DNA from: Prorocentrum cordatum
Taxonomy: Eukaryota
Direction of reading: 5' to 3'
Length of the DNA: 64,000 nt
NCBI GenBank assembly: GCA_963575745.1
Contig: CAUYUJ010000114.1
Span: 186,001-250,000 of the forward strand
The notes under the pieces are model-generated. The model did no database searches, had not been told where the DNA came from, and was given only the letters and a program-made list of their open reading frames with translations. This document shows, one piece after another, positions 24,905 to 37,230 of the stretch (positions are counted from its first letter, which is position 1; each line of letters starts with the position of its first letter). The position numbers were made by a program, and so were the translations under genes.

Positions 24905-26400
24905 CGACACAACCTACCACCAACTACGCAATTGGGCCCCCAAGGTGAGCTCGGAGGCCAAGGCGGGGCGCTCGGGCTCCAGAAATGCGAGGGAGCCACG
25001 CGGTGCCCCATCGGATAGCATTGCACAGCCTACCATTGCATAGCATAGCGCCACACCGTCGCCATCATGGGGCGGATTGAGGGACCGATGGGGCTAAGCC
25101 GCATACGGGGCATACCATCGGGCCGCGTAGCAACCTACCACCAACGACGCAATTGGGCCCCCAAGGTGAGCTCCCAAGTGAGGCGCCTTGATGGGCGGAG
25201 GCCAAGGCGAGGCGCTCGGGCTCCAGTAAGGCGAGGGCCATAAGGGGGGCCAAGCGGGACCCCATCGGATAGCATTGCAAAGCTTACCATTGCATAGCAT
25301 AGCGCCTTACCGTCGCCATCATGGGGCGGATTGAGGGACCGATAGGGGCTAAGCCGCATACTGGGCATACCATCGGATCGCACAGCAACCTACCACCAAC
25401 GACGCAATTTGGGCCCCCTGGTGAGCTCCCAAGTGGGGCGCCTTGATGGGCGGGGGCCGAAGCGGGGCGCCCGGGCCCCAGAAAGGCGAGGGCCCTAAAG
25501 GGGAGCCAAGCGGGACCCCATCGGATAGCATGGCAAAGCTAGCGCTGTGCACAGCATAGCACCTTACCGTCGCCATCATGGGGCGGATTGAAAGACCGAT
25601 GGGGCTAAGCCGCATACGGGGCATGCCATTGGGTCGCATAGCAACCTACCACCAACGACGCAATTGGGCCCCCAAGGTGGGCTCACAAGTGGGGCGCCTC
25701 GATGGGCGGAGGCCAAGGCGGGGCGCTCGGGCCCCAGAAAGGCGAGGGCCATAAGGGGGGCCAAGGGGGGCCAAGGGGGGCCCCATCGGATAGCATTGCA
25801 CAGCCTACCATTGCACAGCATAGCGCCTCACCGTCGCCATCATGGGGCGGATTGAAAGACCGATGGGGCTAAGTCGCATACGGGGCATGTCATTGGGTCG
25901 CATGTAGCAACCTACCACCAGCGACGCAATTGAGCCCCCAAGGTGAGCTCCCAAGTGAGGCGCCTCGATGGGCGGAGGCCAAGGCGGGGCGCTCGGGCCC
26001 CAGAAAGGCGAGGGCCATAAGGGGAGCCAAGCGGGACCCCATCGGATAGCATTGCAAAGCTTACCGTGGCATAGCATAGCGCCTTACCGTTGCCATCGCG
26101 GGGCGGATTGAGGGACCGATGGGGCTAAGCCGCTTGCGGGGCATACCATTGGGTCGCATGGCAACCCACCACCAACGACGCAATTGAGCCCCCAAGGTGA
26201 GCTCACAAGTGGGGCGCCTTGATGGGCGGAGGCCAAGGCGGGGCGCCCGGGCTCCAGAAGGCGGGGGCCCCAATGAGAGCCAAGCGGGGCCCCGTCGGAT
26301 AGCATTGCAAAGCTAGCGTAGGATGGCATGCCATTGCATAGCATAGGCCCTCACCGTCGCCATCATGGGGCGGATTGAGGGACCGATGAGGCTAAGCCGC
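24905..26400. repeat. ~250-bp tandem repeat array B (about 6 units)
   Basis: Same unit and orientation as array A. Confidence 0.9.
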
Positions 26401-26733
26401 ATCGGTGGTGGGCTAGAACATTGCGCCGCGCAGCATAGCACGGCATAGCCAAGTAGCGAACACCTCGCGGGGCACTTCAAGGCCGCGGGGAGGGGGGCGG
26501 CAGGGGTGCACTGGGGGGCGAGGGGCATTCTATCGCGCACATTCCGCGAGCAGCAAGTGCGTCGGCTGCCCGCGGCCAAAATGCTCGGCCCTCTGCAACG
26601 GGCGGCACGAGAAACAAAACGAACATGAGGGCGGATGTCGGTGCGATGGTGCAAGGTGTGTGCGTGTGTATGTCGTAATGTGCATCGCGCGCATCAACTC
26701 ACATCCGCCCCCCTCCCGAGTGGCGGTGGACCC

Positions 26734-27368
26734 TCACTCGCCACTGTCGCGCCCCCTCTTCCGAGCTCCGCTGACGATTGGCTCATCATCCGAGCCGTCG
26801 TCTGGGCGCGAAAGCACGCGCCCCTCTGCCAGCGGGCGCGCGTTGTGCAACGCTGGAAGCAAGAGGCCGCGCTGGCCCTCGGGGCCGCCGCGCGCGCGGG
26901 CTGTGCTGACCGTCTCGAGCCGCGCCCTGCCAAGCGACAGCGTGGCCCCGCGGCCCCTCTCTCGGGCACCAACCAAGAAGGCACCACGCAAGGCTCTTTC
27001 TTGGCCTTCGTGGGAGGCTGGGCCATCTTACCGACGTAGACGACGGCGCCTGCGGGCGCGCGGGGCAAGTCGTTCACCGCGATCGCGCCCTGAGGCACTT
27101 TGCCGGGTGCGCGCGTGCCAATGCGCGCGGACAAGGGTGCCAAAATCAACTGCCCAGCTGCGTAGTCTTCGCTGGTCGTGATATGGCCCACTTCGGCCCT
27201 CGCAGAGTCTGGCGAGGACCTATATTCCACCGTGATGTCGACAGCTGCGGGGGCGGCGCGGTACGCCGCGACCAGCGCGTCTCCCACCGCCGCCTTGCAC
27301 GCCTCGAGCATCAGGCCCTTGTGGCCCTCGGGCGGCGGAGGAGGGAGAAGGAGGGGGAGGGGGAGGGG

Positions 27369-27411
<43 letters not shown>

Positions 27412-30400
27412 TGGCGGGGGCGGGGGAGAAAGAAGAGGAAAGAGGAGGGAACGAGGTGGAGGAGCGAACAGGAGGAGGAGGAGGAGGAGGAGGAGGAGGA
27501 GGAGGAGGGCCAGGAGGCTGAGGAGGAGAACTATTAGGAATAGGAGGGAAGCCCGTTCAGATACGAAAAGCCGGGGTCTGAACCCCCGGGGGCCATGGTG
27601 GAACAAGCACCTTATCACCCTTATCCTCCTCCCCCTGCCCATCCTTCCCCACCTCCTCCTGACATCGGATTTCCGAGAGTTGCTTGTGCGAGGTCGATGT
27701 CGAGGAAGCCCGACGTTTAGATATCCTCACCCTCATCACCGCCGCCCTCCTCCTCTCCCCCTTCCCCCCCCCCTCCACCTCCCCCTCCCCTCCGCCCCCC
27801 CCCCCCCCCCCCCTCTCTCCTCCTCGCCCATCCCCCATAGCGGGGGGCGGGGTGGGGGATGCGAATTCACGGGAAAGAGCCGATTGGATTGAGCCCGAGC
27901 TCCAAGGCCGAGGCCTTCTCGGGGCCCGCGACCAAGGTGTCCGTGGCCACTGAATCGCGACCCGGGCGGCGCCCCCATGCCCCCCACCCCCCTCCCGCAT
28001 TCCCCCTCCTTCTCGCTTTCGTCGTCGTCGTCGTCGCTTTCCCCCCCCCCCTCCTCCCCCCACCCAACCTTGCCCCCCCCTCCCCCTCCTTTCTCCTCCC
28101 CCCCCTCGCCCCCCTCCTCCTCCTGATCCTACTACGCACCCCCCGTCGTTCCCCATCCTCATCATCATGGCCGCCATCGCCATCATCAAACTCATCATCA
28201 CCGCGTTCGTCACCGTCATCGCCACCATCATCGCCATCGACACCCTCATCATCAGCATCGTCTCCCTAGTGATCACCATCGCCGCCATTATCGGCAGCAG
28301 CGCATTCATCATATTCATCAGCAGCATCGCCATCATCAACAGCACCATCATCATCATACTCATCATTTTCACCATTATCAGCATCATCGTCCACATCTAC
28401 GAAGTCGTCGTCATCATCACCATTATAGTATACATCATAATTGCCAGCCTTGTCAGTGGCATCATCGCCATCACCATCGTCCTCGTCAGCAGCATCAGCA
28501 TCACCATCACCGTCAGCGTCGCCGCCGTCATTCTCACCATCGTTATCATCAGCCACATCACCTCCATCCTCATCACCTTCATCGCCATCACCACCACCAT
28601 CATCAACATCATCACCATCAGCATCACCATAACCCCACCCCGTAAGGACGCCAAACAACAAAAACAGCGGCATTTTCATAACACGCGCTTTATCCCAGAC
28701 ACCGTCCCAAACCAGATGAATCGTAACACCGCCGTGAACCCTCAAGGACACTAAGTCACCCTATGGATATCCCCCTCGCCCCTCCTCATCCTAAACCCCA
28801 TTGGCCCCGGCCCGAACGGCCTGGTACTCGTCCAAGAGCGTGCCAGACGACGCGGAGAAGCTCCCGTCCTCGGCCTGCTTCTGCCTCGCCGCCGTCCTGG
28901 CGGCGCCACCGTCTTCGCCGCCCCCCTTCGGCACCTCCTGCGGCATGAGGGTCGCCGCGGGGCCTTGTAAGCCCTTGATGACCCAAGGCCCGCCCGTGAA
29001 CGGCGCCATCCTGCGCCCCACCACCGCGCCCGCAACCAGCTTCTTGCTCTGCAGGGTGGCCTGGTCCACGCCGCCGCGCTCTGTGAAGCTGCGGAAGCCT
29101 GCAGACTCCAACGGGGGGGGGGTCCTTCCCCGCTGGCTGTATGTCATCGAACGGCGCGTTGAGCTCCTGGCTCTCTGGGTATTTCGTGTACAGGTCGCCC
29201 AGGAACTCGCGGACGATCTCGACTAACGAGGTGAGCTCCCTCCTGGCCACAGCCGACTTCCCGAGGTTCATCATGGCGCCACGGACCCCGAGGTCGCCGA
29301 TCAGCTTGCACGCCTCCGCGTCAGTCGGATGCTTCTCCAACTTGCTGACCATATCCTGCAAGAAGGCCTGCGCTTGTTTGATCCGCATGCTGAGCATCAG
29401 GTTGGCCTGCTTGTGCTTGCCTACTGCATTCTGGATGTCCAGGCCAGTGAGGAGCGTCGAGTTCCCGTTCTTGACGAAATTCCCAGGGCTGCACATGCCC
29501 GCCTTCACCATCGCAATTATGACGTCAGGGGCCGCCGCGAAGCCCACCGCCCCCAAAAGCCTGAAGGCGGCGCTCGGGATCTCCACCCTGGCCTTCAGCG
29601 TCTCGGCGAACTGGCCCAGCTCCTTGAGCAGCGGCGCCTGCGCACCACCAGACCATTTCTCGACGAACGCCGTCAAGTCTTTGATCTGTCCTTTCAAATG
29701 CGGCTTGCCAGCCTCGGTGCTGGAGACGACGCTCGGCCAGTGGAAACAGCGCGTCTTCTTGAAGTTCCGCCCGCCCTTCGCATGGATCTCCATGAGGAGC
29801 AACATATTCGTCAACGTCCGCTCGGTGTTGCGCCCCGACTTCGCAGCGTCTTGTAAAAACTCTGGAAGGTTAGGGCAACCCTTCAAGATCTCATTCCGAA
29901 TCACCACCCACTCAACGCCATGGTCGAGGAACTCCTCGATCGAAGGGTTGACGGCGATCACCTTGTCGCGCGAGAACTTGCCGTCCGTAGCTAATTCTTC
30001 AAGCTCCGTGCACGCGCCAGCATTGACCGCGTTCAGACCGCGTTTGGTGCGCGTGCGCGCCACGGACACAGCGCGGACGCGCTCCCTCCTGAGCGGCGCC
30101 AGTTGGCCATCTGAGTCCGCCACCATCTTGGCATTGAAGTCGAGTTCCTGCGCATCATCGGGGCCGATGGCGAAGCGCACTGGGCCGTCCAGCCTGCTCT
30201 TGACGAAGCCCTGCTCGACGATCGTTTCAAGTAGGAGGTGCACGCCGACGGGGTCGCAACCGTTGCCGAATCGATTCGCGCTCGACGCGGCCACCTGGTA
30301 GGGATGCAGGCGCTCGATCGAAGCCAAGTTGCGCGAGAGGAGGTACTGGACGATCTCCTCTGACTTGGCCCGCTTCTGCTGCAACTTGGCCTGAGAAGCG

Positions 30401-30465
30401 TAGAGGGCCAACTTGTCATTAGTGTATGGGACGGCAGTGGACAGCGCCTGCTGGAACTCGGCCAT
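26734..30465 (-). pseudogene. Transposon cargo gene 4: ParB-like N-terminus, possible SET-like C-terminus; frameshifted and interrupted
   Basis: ORF 28786..30465 (LHPYQVAASSANRFGNG..VHLLLETIVEQGF...SVARTRT) shifts frame at the G-run near 29115 into 28791..29147. After a low-complexity insert or intron (~27335-28790) it resumes in 26694..27311 and 26734..26991. Confidence 0.5.
28155..28630. repeat. (CAT)n degenerate microsatellite
   Basis: Directly visible. Confidence 0.9.
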
Positions 30466-31009
30466 GCCGATCGTGCACCGCGCGCCCCGCGCAGAATTCC
30501 AATCGCAGGCGACTGGAAAAGCCGCAGAGCTGGAACCCGAAATGGCTGCGGAGAAGCCAAACTCCGAACAATGTCTCTTCGATTCGGGGAGCGCCCGTCC
30601 GAAATCCTATGTCAAATTCCTGTTACTTGGCGGGCGAAACTCCAATCGGCGGGACGGGATCCTGGGATTGCCAACCGACTGATCCTGTTTAGCAAACTAG
30701 TTTACGGAGGTTAGCTAAACGAGCTTACGTTGGTTAGCTAAACGCGCTTACGGTGGATAGCCGTGGTTCGTAAGCACTTTGCGTAACCTCTGTATTCACC
30801 TTGCGAGGTTAGCCTAGAGTGGTTGCTAAAGAGTTGTAAACGTGCCATCTGGATACTATCTACCCTAAACGCTTACGGTTTGCAGTAATGTGGATACAAG
30901 GTTATAAAGTATGTTAGATACAATATAACGTGGTTGTAGCGTGTTCATATATTTGATATAAACATTCGTAAACAGCTAAAATGGTTAGGAACCGCCGCGG
31001 CGATTCAAG

Positions 31010-31150
31010 TACCCCTGCCCCCGATTCGGCCGAGGATGGGTTACCGCCCCTGGCCCGGACGCAAGGGTTTCCCCCTGCGCCCGGCGGCCGCTTCGGCCGT
31101 GGATGGGTTACCACCCCCGGCCCGGACGCAAGGGTTTCCCTCTGCGCCCG
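31010..31150. repeat. ~60-bp satellite, right part
   Basis: Continues the unit interrupted at 15361. Confidence 0.85.
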
Positions 31151-31309
31151 GCCGCCGTCGTCCTTTTCAATTCCTGTTCCTCGTCGTCCTCCTCCTCCCC
31201 CTCCTCTTCCTCCTCCTCCTCCTCCTCCTCCTCCTCCCTCCTGCGCCTCAGCTCCAGCTCGCATGCTTCGAGCTGGCTCAGCGCGGGGACTCCCGCGGGG
31301 ACAAACCGG

Positions 31310-31870
31310 CGGGTTCCCGCCTGTGACTTCCACGCGAGTCAATCACAGACGAGGCTCGCGCCTGATACATCCACCTTATTTAAGCCCTCCGAAGGCCAGA
31401 ATTTACGACAGTTACACGTTTCGGATGACCCGCCTCGGATTAAAAACCAGAAATGCAGGCCCCATAGGGAGGGGTTTCCCGCCTGAGACTTCGTCGCAAT
31501 TCACGCACACACGAGGTTCCCGCTTGATACTTCCTCCAGATTCACGCCACAGGGGCCCAGTAGTGACGACAGTTACACGTTTCGGATGACCCGCCTCGGA
31601 TAAAAAAGAAGGCGCGGGGCTCATAGGGAGAGGCTTTCCGCCTGAGACTTCGTCGCAATTCACTCACAGACGAGGTTCCCGCTTGATATTTCCTCCAGAT
31701 TCTCGCCACAGGGGCCCAAAAGTGACGACAGTTACACGTTTCGAATGACCCGCTTCGGATTAAAAACATGAGGTGCGGGCCCCAAAGGGAGGGGCTCCCG
31801 CCTGAGACTTCCTCACACTTCACTCACAGACGAGGCTCCCGCCTGATACTACCTCCATATTCAAGCCAGG
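31310..31870. repeat. ~160-bp tandem repeat (3-4 diverged units)
   Basis: GACAGTTACACGTTTC at about 31407, 31568 and 31727; CCGCCTGAGACTTC recurs. Confidence 0.85.
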
Positions 31871-32759
31871 GAGTGAGTGATGACGAAATGATGAGTGAGT
31901 GAATGATGATGATGATGAGTGTGTGATGAATGAGTGATGATGATGTTGATGATCATCATGATGGCCACTGAGTGGGTGGTCGAGAGATTATGATGGAGAT
32001 GGTGACGATGATGTTGAGAGTGGCGGCGGTCCTACCGTCGGAGGACCACTGCCTCCGAAACCTACTGAGGATGACTGGGTAATTGAGTGGGTGAGTGGGT
32101 GATCGAGTGGTGATGATGGTGACGATGATGATGAGGGTATGATGATGAGTAATGATGAAGGATAATGATGTTGAGTAGTGATGACGCTGATGGTGGTTGA
32201 TGTTGATGATGATGGTAATGATGATGAGTGTGTGCGTGTGATGACGATGATGGTGGTTGATGGTGATGATGATGGTGATGATGGTGAGTGTGTGAAAGAG
32301 CAAGGGAAGGGGGGTGAGATCCTGCGCGGCGTGTGCGAAGCAAACAAGAGACCCCACTTTGGATGTGGGGAAAAACAATGAGCTTAAGAGGGCGCTGCGC
32401 CGCGGGTATATATCTATTCAGGCGCGCCTGTAAAAGGTGGCGGGAGGGATCGAACCTGGCCCTTTGAAACCTTGCCGCACTGTTGCCACCGCCGTCGCGA
32501 GCAGGCGCTCGGCCCCGCCGTGCACTGGCTCCGCCGCGCGCTCAAAACGCGGGGCACATGTCTCGCCTGCCTTAGAGAACATTTCGGCACTGAGACGGCC
32601 TGCGGCTGCCTGGTCGGCCCCACCCTCCCACTGCTGAAATTGCCTTTGAAACTCGGCCCGGAAACGCCCGTTCTCGCCCCCATGCGACCCTCGAGGGCCC
32701 CTCCGAAGACAGCCAAAGACACCCGGGCCGAAGCGGCCCGAACTAGGCCGCGTTCGTCT

Positions 32760-33520
32760 TGGAAGTGTCGGACTCAATCACGCTAACGGCCAGAAGAAAG
32801 AGGCGGGGCACCCATCCGATCGCGCTTCCGACTTAAGACACTATGTCTCGGACGACGGCCAAATCGATCGCAGCCCTCCGATCTGAACGGGAACTATTAG
32901 ACAACTTGCTGAGGGTATCATAGATTTCCTCGGCGCCTTCAACACTGGGGAACTCAGTGGACGGAACGGGGGGGAGCTCGCAGTCCCGGCGCAGCAGGGC
33001 GACAAAATGGCTGCATCGCCCGCCAGGACGCGGTGACCACATCGCCACGAGCCACATCTTCAAACACGAGATGGAGCCACTGCGCCTCGGCCACGGCCCC
33101 AGACAGAAACAGGGTCTCTCCGGCCAGAGCGCTGGCGACCTGTTTCTTCGCGCGACAAGATCGCCACGCCAAGGCCACGGCACGGGCGCGGCGGCCGCGC
33201 GCCAACGAGTTGTCGGCCATGTACACCTGCCAGGCCTGCTGATGGCACTAGCAGCCATCGGGCCCGACTCAGTCGCTGGCAGCGGCAAAGACGAAACGCT
33301 CGGGGTCAAAGCGACGGGCGATCAGCGGCGAGGCGGCCGTCGAGCGCAGGTGATCCACCATCTTGTGAGCCTCTAGGAGGTCCTCGATGCTTGGTGAACC
33401 TTCGCGGCCAGCGCGGAGGCCACCCAGGCGGCCTCGGCCAGGAACTCTCGACCCGCCCAAGTGAATTTATAAACGAGGCTGCAAAAGTCGGCCACTTCAG
33501 GTCCGCAAAAATGACTGTTG
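32760..33520 (-). pseudogene. Decayed Ty1/copia RT-thumb and RNase H fragment
   Basis: Pieces FCSLVYKFTWAGRE..AAWVASALA, PSIEDLLEAHKMVDHLRST, LAWRSCRAKKQVASALAGE and IYDTLSK...DRRAAIDLAVVRD match the copia RT/RNase H pattern; multiple stops and frameshifts. Confidence 0.7.
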
Positions 33521-36399
33521 CGGCCCCCCCGCCCCCCCCGGGACATGGGGGCCTCGCGCAGCTGCCCCGTGGCGCATTTCCCCCGGCCCGCGGGAATCCT
33601 GTGGCAGGGCCCCCCCTTGGCCCACCCAAGAAAGCCCGCGCCCAATGCACTCGACCCCCCTTTTCATCGGGTTTCTCCATCTTGCCAAAATTATTACAAA
33701 TTACTACGCCCACGAAACTCCGGCATGCACTCGCCTTCTTGTCCGGGGGGAAAGGCCATCGCCCAGTCGTCAACCTCGAGCAGCACCTGCGAGATCAGGC
33801 GATCGCCTCGACGCCGAGCGAATCAGCATGGCTGGCCCCAACGCACCACTGGCGGTCGAGAAACTTGGCACACGTTTCGAGACAAGGCCACAAACGCACC
33901 ATCGCGCCCATAAACGGCAGCAATAAGCTCGACCAGGGCACCGGCAGGGAGGCCGAGCCCCTCGCACGGCTCAACAAAAACTCTTCCTCGAGGCCTCTCA
34001 AGGGGGTCAGGCTGGCAGAAACAATTCTTGATTTATGTATATATATATATATATATGGACCTCTGGATCGCACATGGGCGCGATGGCCGAAAAAAACATC
34101 AGCGACTCCATCGCGGGGGTCGGAGCGCAGGCCTGGGCAGCATCCTCGCCCTGGCGCCCCCTGACGCGCCACCGAGACTCGGCTGTCGGCCCGGCCCTCG
34201 CGCCGCCCCGGCGCCTCCAGGGCAAACCATCTGGCTCGAGACAGTCCGACCGGGACAGAGAGCACGCAGCTGATTGCCTTCTTCTGGAGGGTGAACCGCG
34301 ACGGATTTCGCGCTTACTAGGCGCCCCCACTCCTGAAGATCAGAAGCGGCGAACTCTCGCCTTCCCCGGGCATCGAGATCCCCCCAGTGGATCTCGCCCC
34401 CCCGGTTGGCCAGGAGAGAAAGTGACACCTCGGAGGGGTGGCCGCGTTCCTGGGGGGCGATCTCAACGTCCGCGCTTCCACTGCGATAGGTCGCCTATTC
34501 CCCACTCAAGCCCCCATTCTCAACGCCCCCCCCCCCCCCCCCCCCCGAAAAACGCGCAGAGCGGGCCGCCCCCGAGCCCCGGGGGCGCCCGGAGCCCCGC
34601 GCCCTGCAGGGCAGGGTCGGTGGAGGAGGCCATCCCCCCCATAGGCTGGGCCTCGCCAGCCGCTCCTGAATTCGGCGGGCGCGATCTCGGCCGCCCGCGG
34701 ACCGGCTGCCCGCCCTCTATCTGCCCTGTCTGACTTGCCCCTGGACCTTTCCGGGGAGGGGCCCTCGAAAATCCCCCATCCCAGCCCGTTGGGCCTCTGA
34801 CTGGCCCCTCTCGCGCCTCAGTCGAAAACTTCATTCCGCTTGACAGCCCCGCGCATAAAACTCCGGCCATTGGACGCCCTGGTCGACGACCGCGCGTCTG
34901 GGACCTGTCCGGCGCTCGAGGGAGACGCGGGCGCCCCGTCTTCCGCCAATTGATGAGAACCCCTCGCCCCCATTTACTCCTTTCGCAGAAGCTGACGCAC
35001 AACATTTCCTCTGCTGCCATGTCCCCCACAACTCTACTCCCAACTTATTTCATATGTCGTTATACAGACCCCCCCTGCACCTTCTGATGATTGTCGGTTT
35101 CGAACTGAGACAGCTGAACTGCCTCCGATGCATATGGCCAAGATAAACCTGTTGCGCGGCGCGAAGGAGAGTCCCTTTTTCGCTGTGCAGTTCCCGGCGT
35201 TGCTCATCTTTTAATCCTGAAACATGTGAACTTGCGCGGCCAATTCTTCACAAATCTCCCTGTCGTTGACAGCGCTTCTCTGTTTAGTTCTGTTGCCTTT
35301 CTAGAAAGATGAGGTGGCGATTGCTATGCTCTTGCATGTCATTGCCCAGTGGAAAGAGCAAATTGCGAGTGAACAGCCAGCAGACGCCAGTCGTAGGCAG
35401 GGACCGCTGATGTGATTCGCCTTCCCAGGGCACCTGCGCGCAGCGGGCTGTTAATAATCGTGGTCCTCCAGCCCAACCGCTTACTTTTACCGAGAGGCCT
35501 CCAGATAAGGTTCCACGGAACTCTTGGCTGCTACTCGATCTAGCACGCAAACTAGATACCAAAGGCGATCGAGAGATCGGCCTCCTGAAATTTTCACGTG
35601 GGGACATTGCCGGGACAGGGATCGGCCCTATAATTTCTTCTCGTCGAGCAAACGACCAACTTGACTGGAAACCGACATCGGCGATTCATGTTCCATGCTT
35701 ATGTCGTTAAGAACTTTGGCACGCGTTGCTTCTGGCGTTTCCCTTTTCGTGCTGTCTCTCACGTGTCCTGCCACCTCAGAATTCAAGCCATCGCCTCCCA
35801 TGATAGCGGAGAGGCCACGGCCCAACCTACCCCCCCCCTCCCCACTGGCTGGGCCAGTGCCGAAACACTCTTTTCCATTGGAACAGAACGATCGTCAATC
35901 AAAAAGATGGCGGGATCACAGGGGGAAGATGGCGCCTTTCGCTATCCGCCGAAATTGTTGAATGACCATGTGCGGATTCCAAGGCTACAAGCACATTGAA
36001 ATCACTGTCTGTGGTAATTTGCACGTCAGATACGACAACCGAGGCTTCGGCTGATGACTCATCATTTGCCTGAGGAAAACGGTATCCGGCACCAGGCCGG
36101 GTATGATAATGAAACTCACGTATCGGTACCATCGCTCATAATAGGTAAGTAAAACATGCCTTCTGTGATCCGTTAAGCTGTAAGATAATGAATGCAAGAG
36201 TACAAGTGATGGAGGAGGAGAGACGACGACGACGACGACGACGACCCTCAGACTTTCCACTCTCGCGCCGACAGGCCCGCGGTGCCCACGCTCGGTGTCA
36301 CTCGTCTCTGATGCTTACACAGCTGCGGTGGCGGCGGCAGGGAGCGAGCAGGAGGAGAGGTTGAACAAGTTTCCCCCCTTGTCGACCCAGATTTCTTTC

Positions 36400-37230
36400 G
36401 CAGACGAAAGCCTTCGGTGGAAACCCCATGGGGCCACGAAGCGTGTGATGGGGTGTGCCGAGATGGACATGAGATAGGCGGGGAGCCGCAAGCGAGCCCT
36501 GCCACAGGGGCCTCCAGTGGAGCTCCCTGTGGGGCCACGGAACGTGTGAGGAGTGGGCCGGAATGGGCATGCGGTGGGCGGGGAGCCGCATGTGGACCAT
36601 GCCAGTGAGACCTTCGGTGGAGTCCCCGAAATGGCCACGAAATGTGCGAGGGGTGTGCCCAGATGGACGTGCAGCGGGCGGCGAGCCGTGGGCCCACGAA
36701 GCGTGTAAGGAGAGAGCCGACATCGACATGCGGTGGGCGGGGAGCAGTATGTGGACCTCGCCACTGGGACCTTCGGTGGGGTTCCCTATGGGACCACGAG
36801 ACGTGTGAGGGGTGTTCCGAAATGGGCATGCAGTGGCTGGGGATCCGCAGATGGACCCTGCCACTGGGGCCATCGGTGAAACTTCCTACGGGGCCACGAA
36901 GCGTGTGAGGGGTGCGCCAAAATGGACACGCGGTGGGCGGGGAGGCACATGTACACCCTGCCACTGGGGCCTTCAGTGGAGCAGTGGAGTTCCCTATGGG
37001 GCCACGAAGCGTGTGAGGGGTGCACCGAAATTTACATGCGGTGGGCGGGGAGCCGCGTGTGGACCCTGCCACTGGGGCCTCCAGTGGAGCTGCCTATGTG
37101 GAAACACGAGACATGTGGGGGGGGAGGGCGAAATGGACATGCGATGGGCGGGGAGCCGCATGTGGACCCTGCAACTAGGGCCTTAGGTGGAGCTCCCTGT
37201 GGCCACAAAGAGCGTGAGGGATGTGCCGAA
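36400..37230. repeat. ~100-bp tandem minisatellite (8-9 units)
   Basis: GGGGCCACGAAGCGTGTGAGGGG...GCGGTGGGCGGGGAGCCGCATGTGGACCCTGCCAC recurs at ~100-bp spacing. Confidence 0.9.

Larger units (their letters stand above)
15362..31009 (-). mobile_element. 15.6-kb TIR DNA transposon with CACTA/CMC-like transposase and cargo genes, TA target site
   Basis: Perfect 13-bp TIR CTTGAATCGCCGC (15362-15374) / GCGGCGATTCAAG (30997-31009), imperfect out to ~42 bp. Subterminal GTTTAG/CTAAAC repeats occur at both ends. The flanks rebuild the intact satellite unit acaaggggt-TA-cccctgccc seen at 15161-15180. Confidence 0.8.

Noticed and set aside
33001..33014. DinoSL-like GCAGCCATTTTG
   Set aside because: Short partial match inside copia RNase H coding sequence; likely chance.
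33520..36200. Upstream continuation of the copia relic
   Set aside because: Position is suggestive, but the sequence is too degenerate to show RT or integrase motifs by eye.
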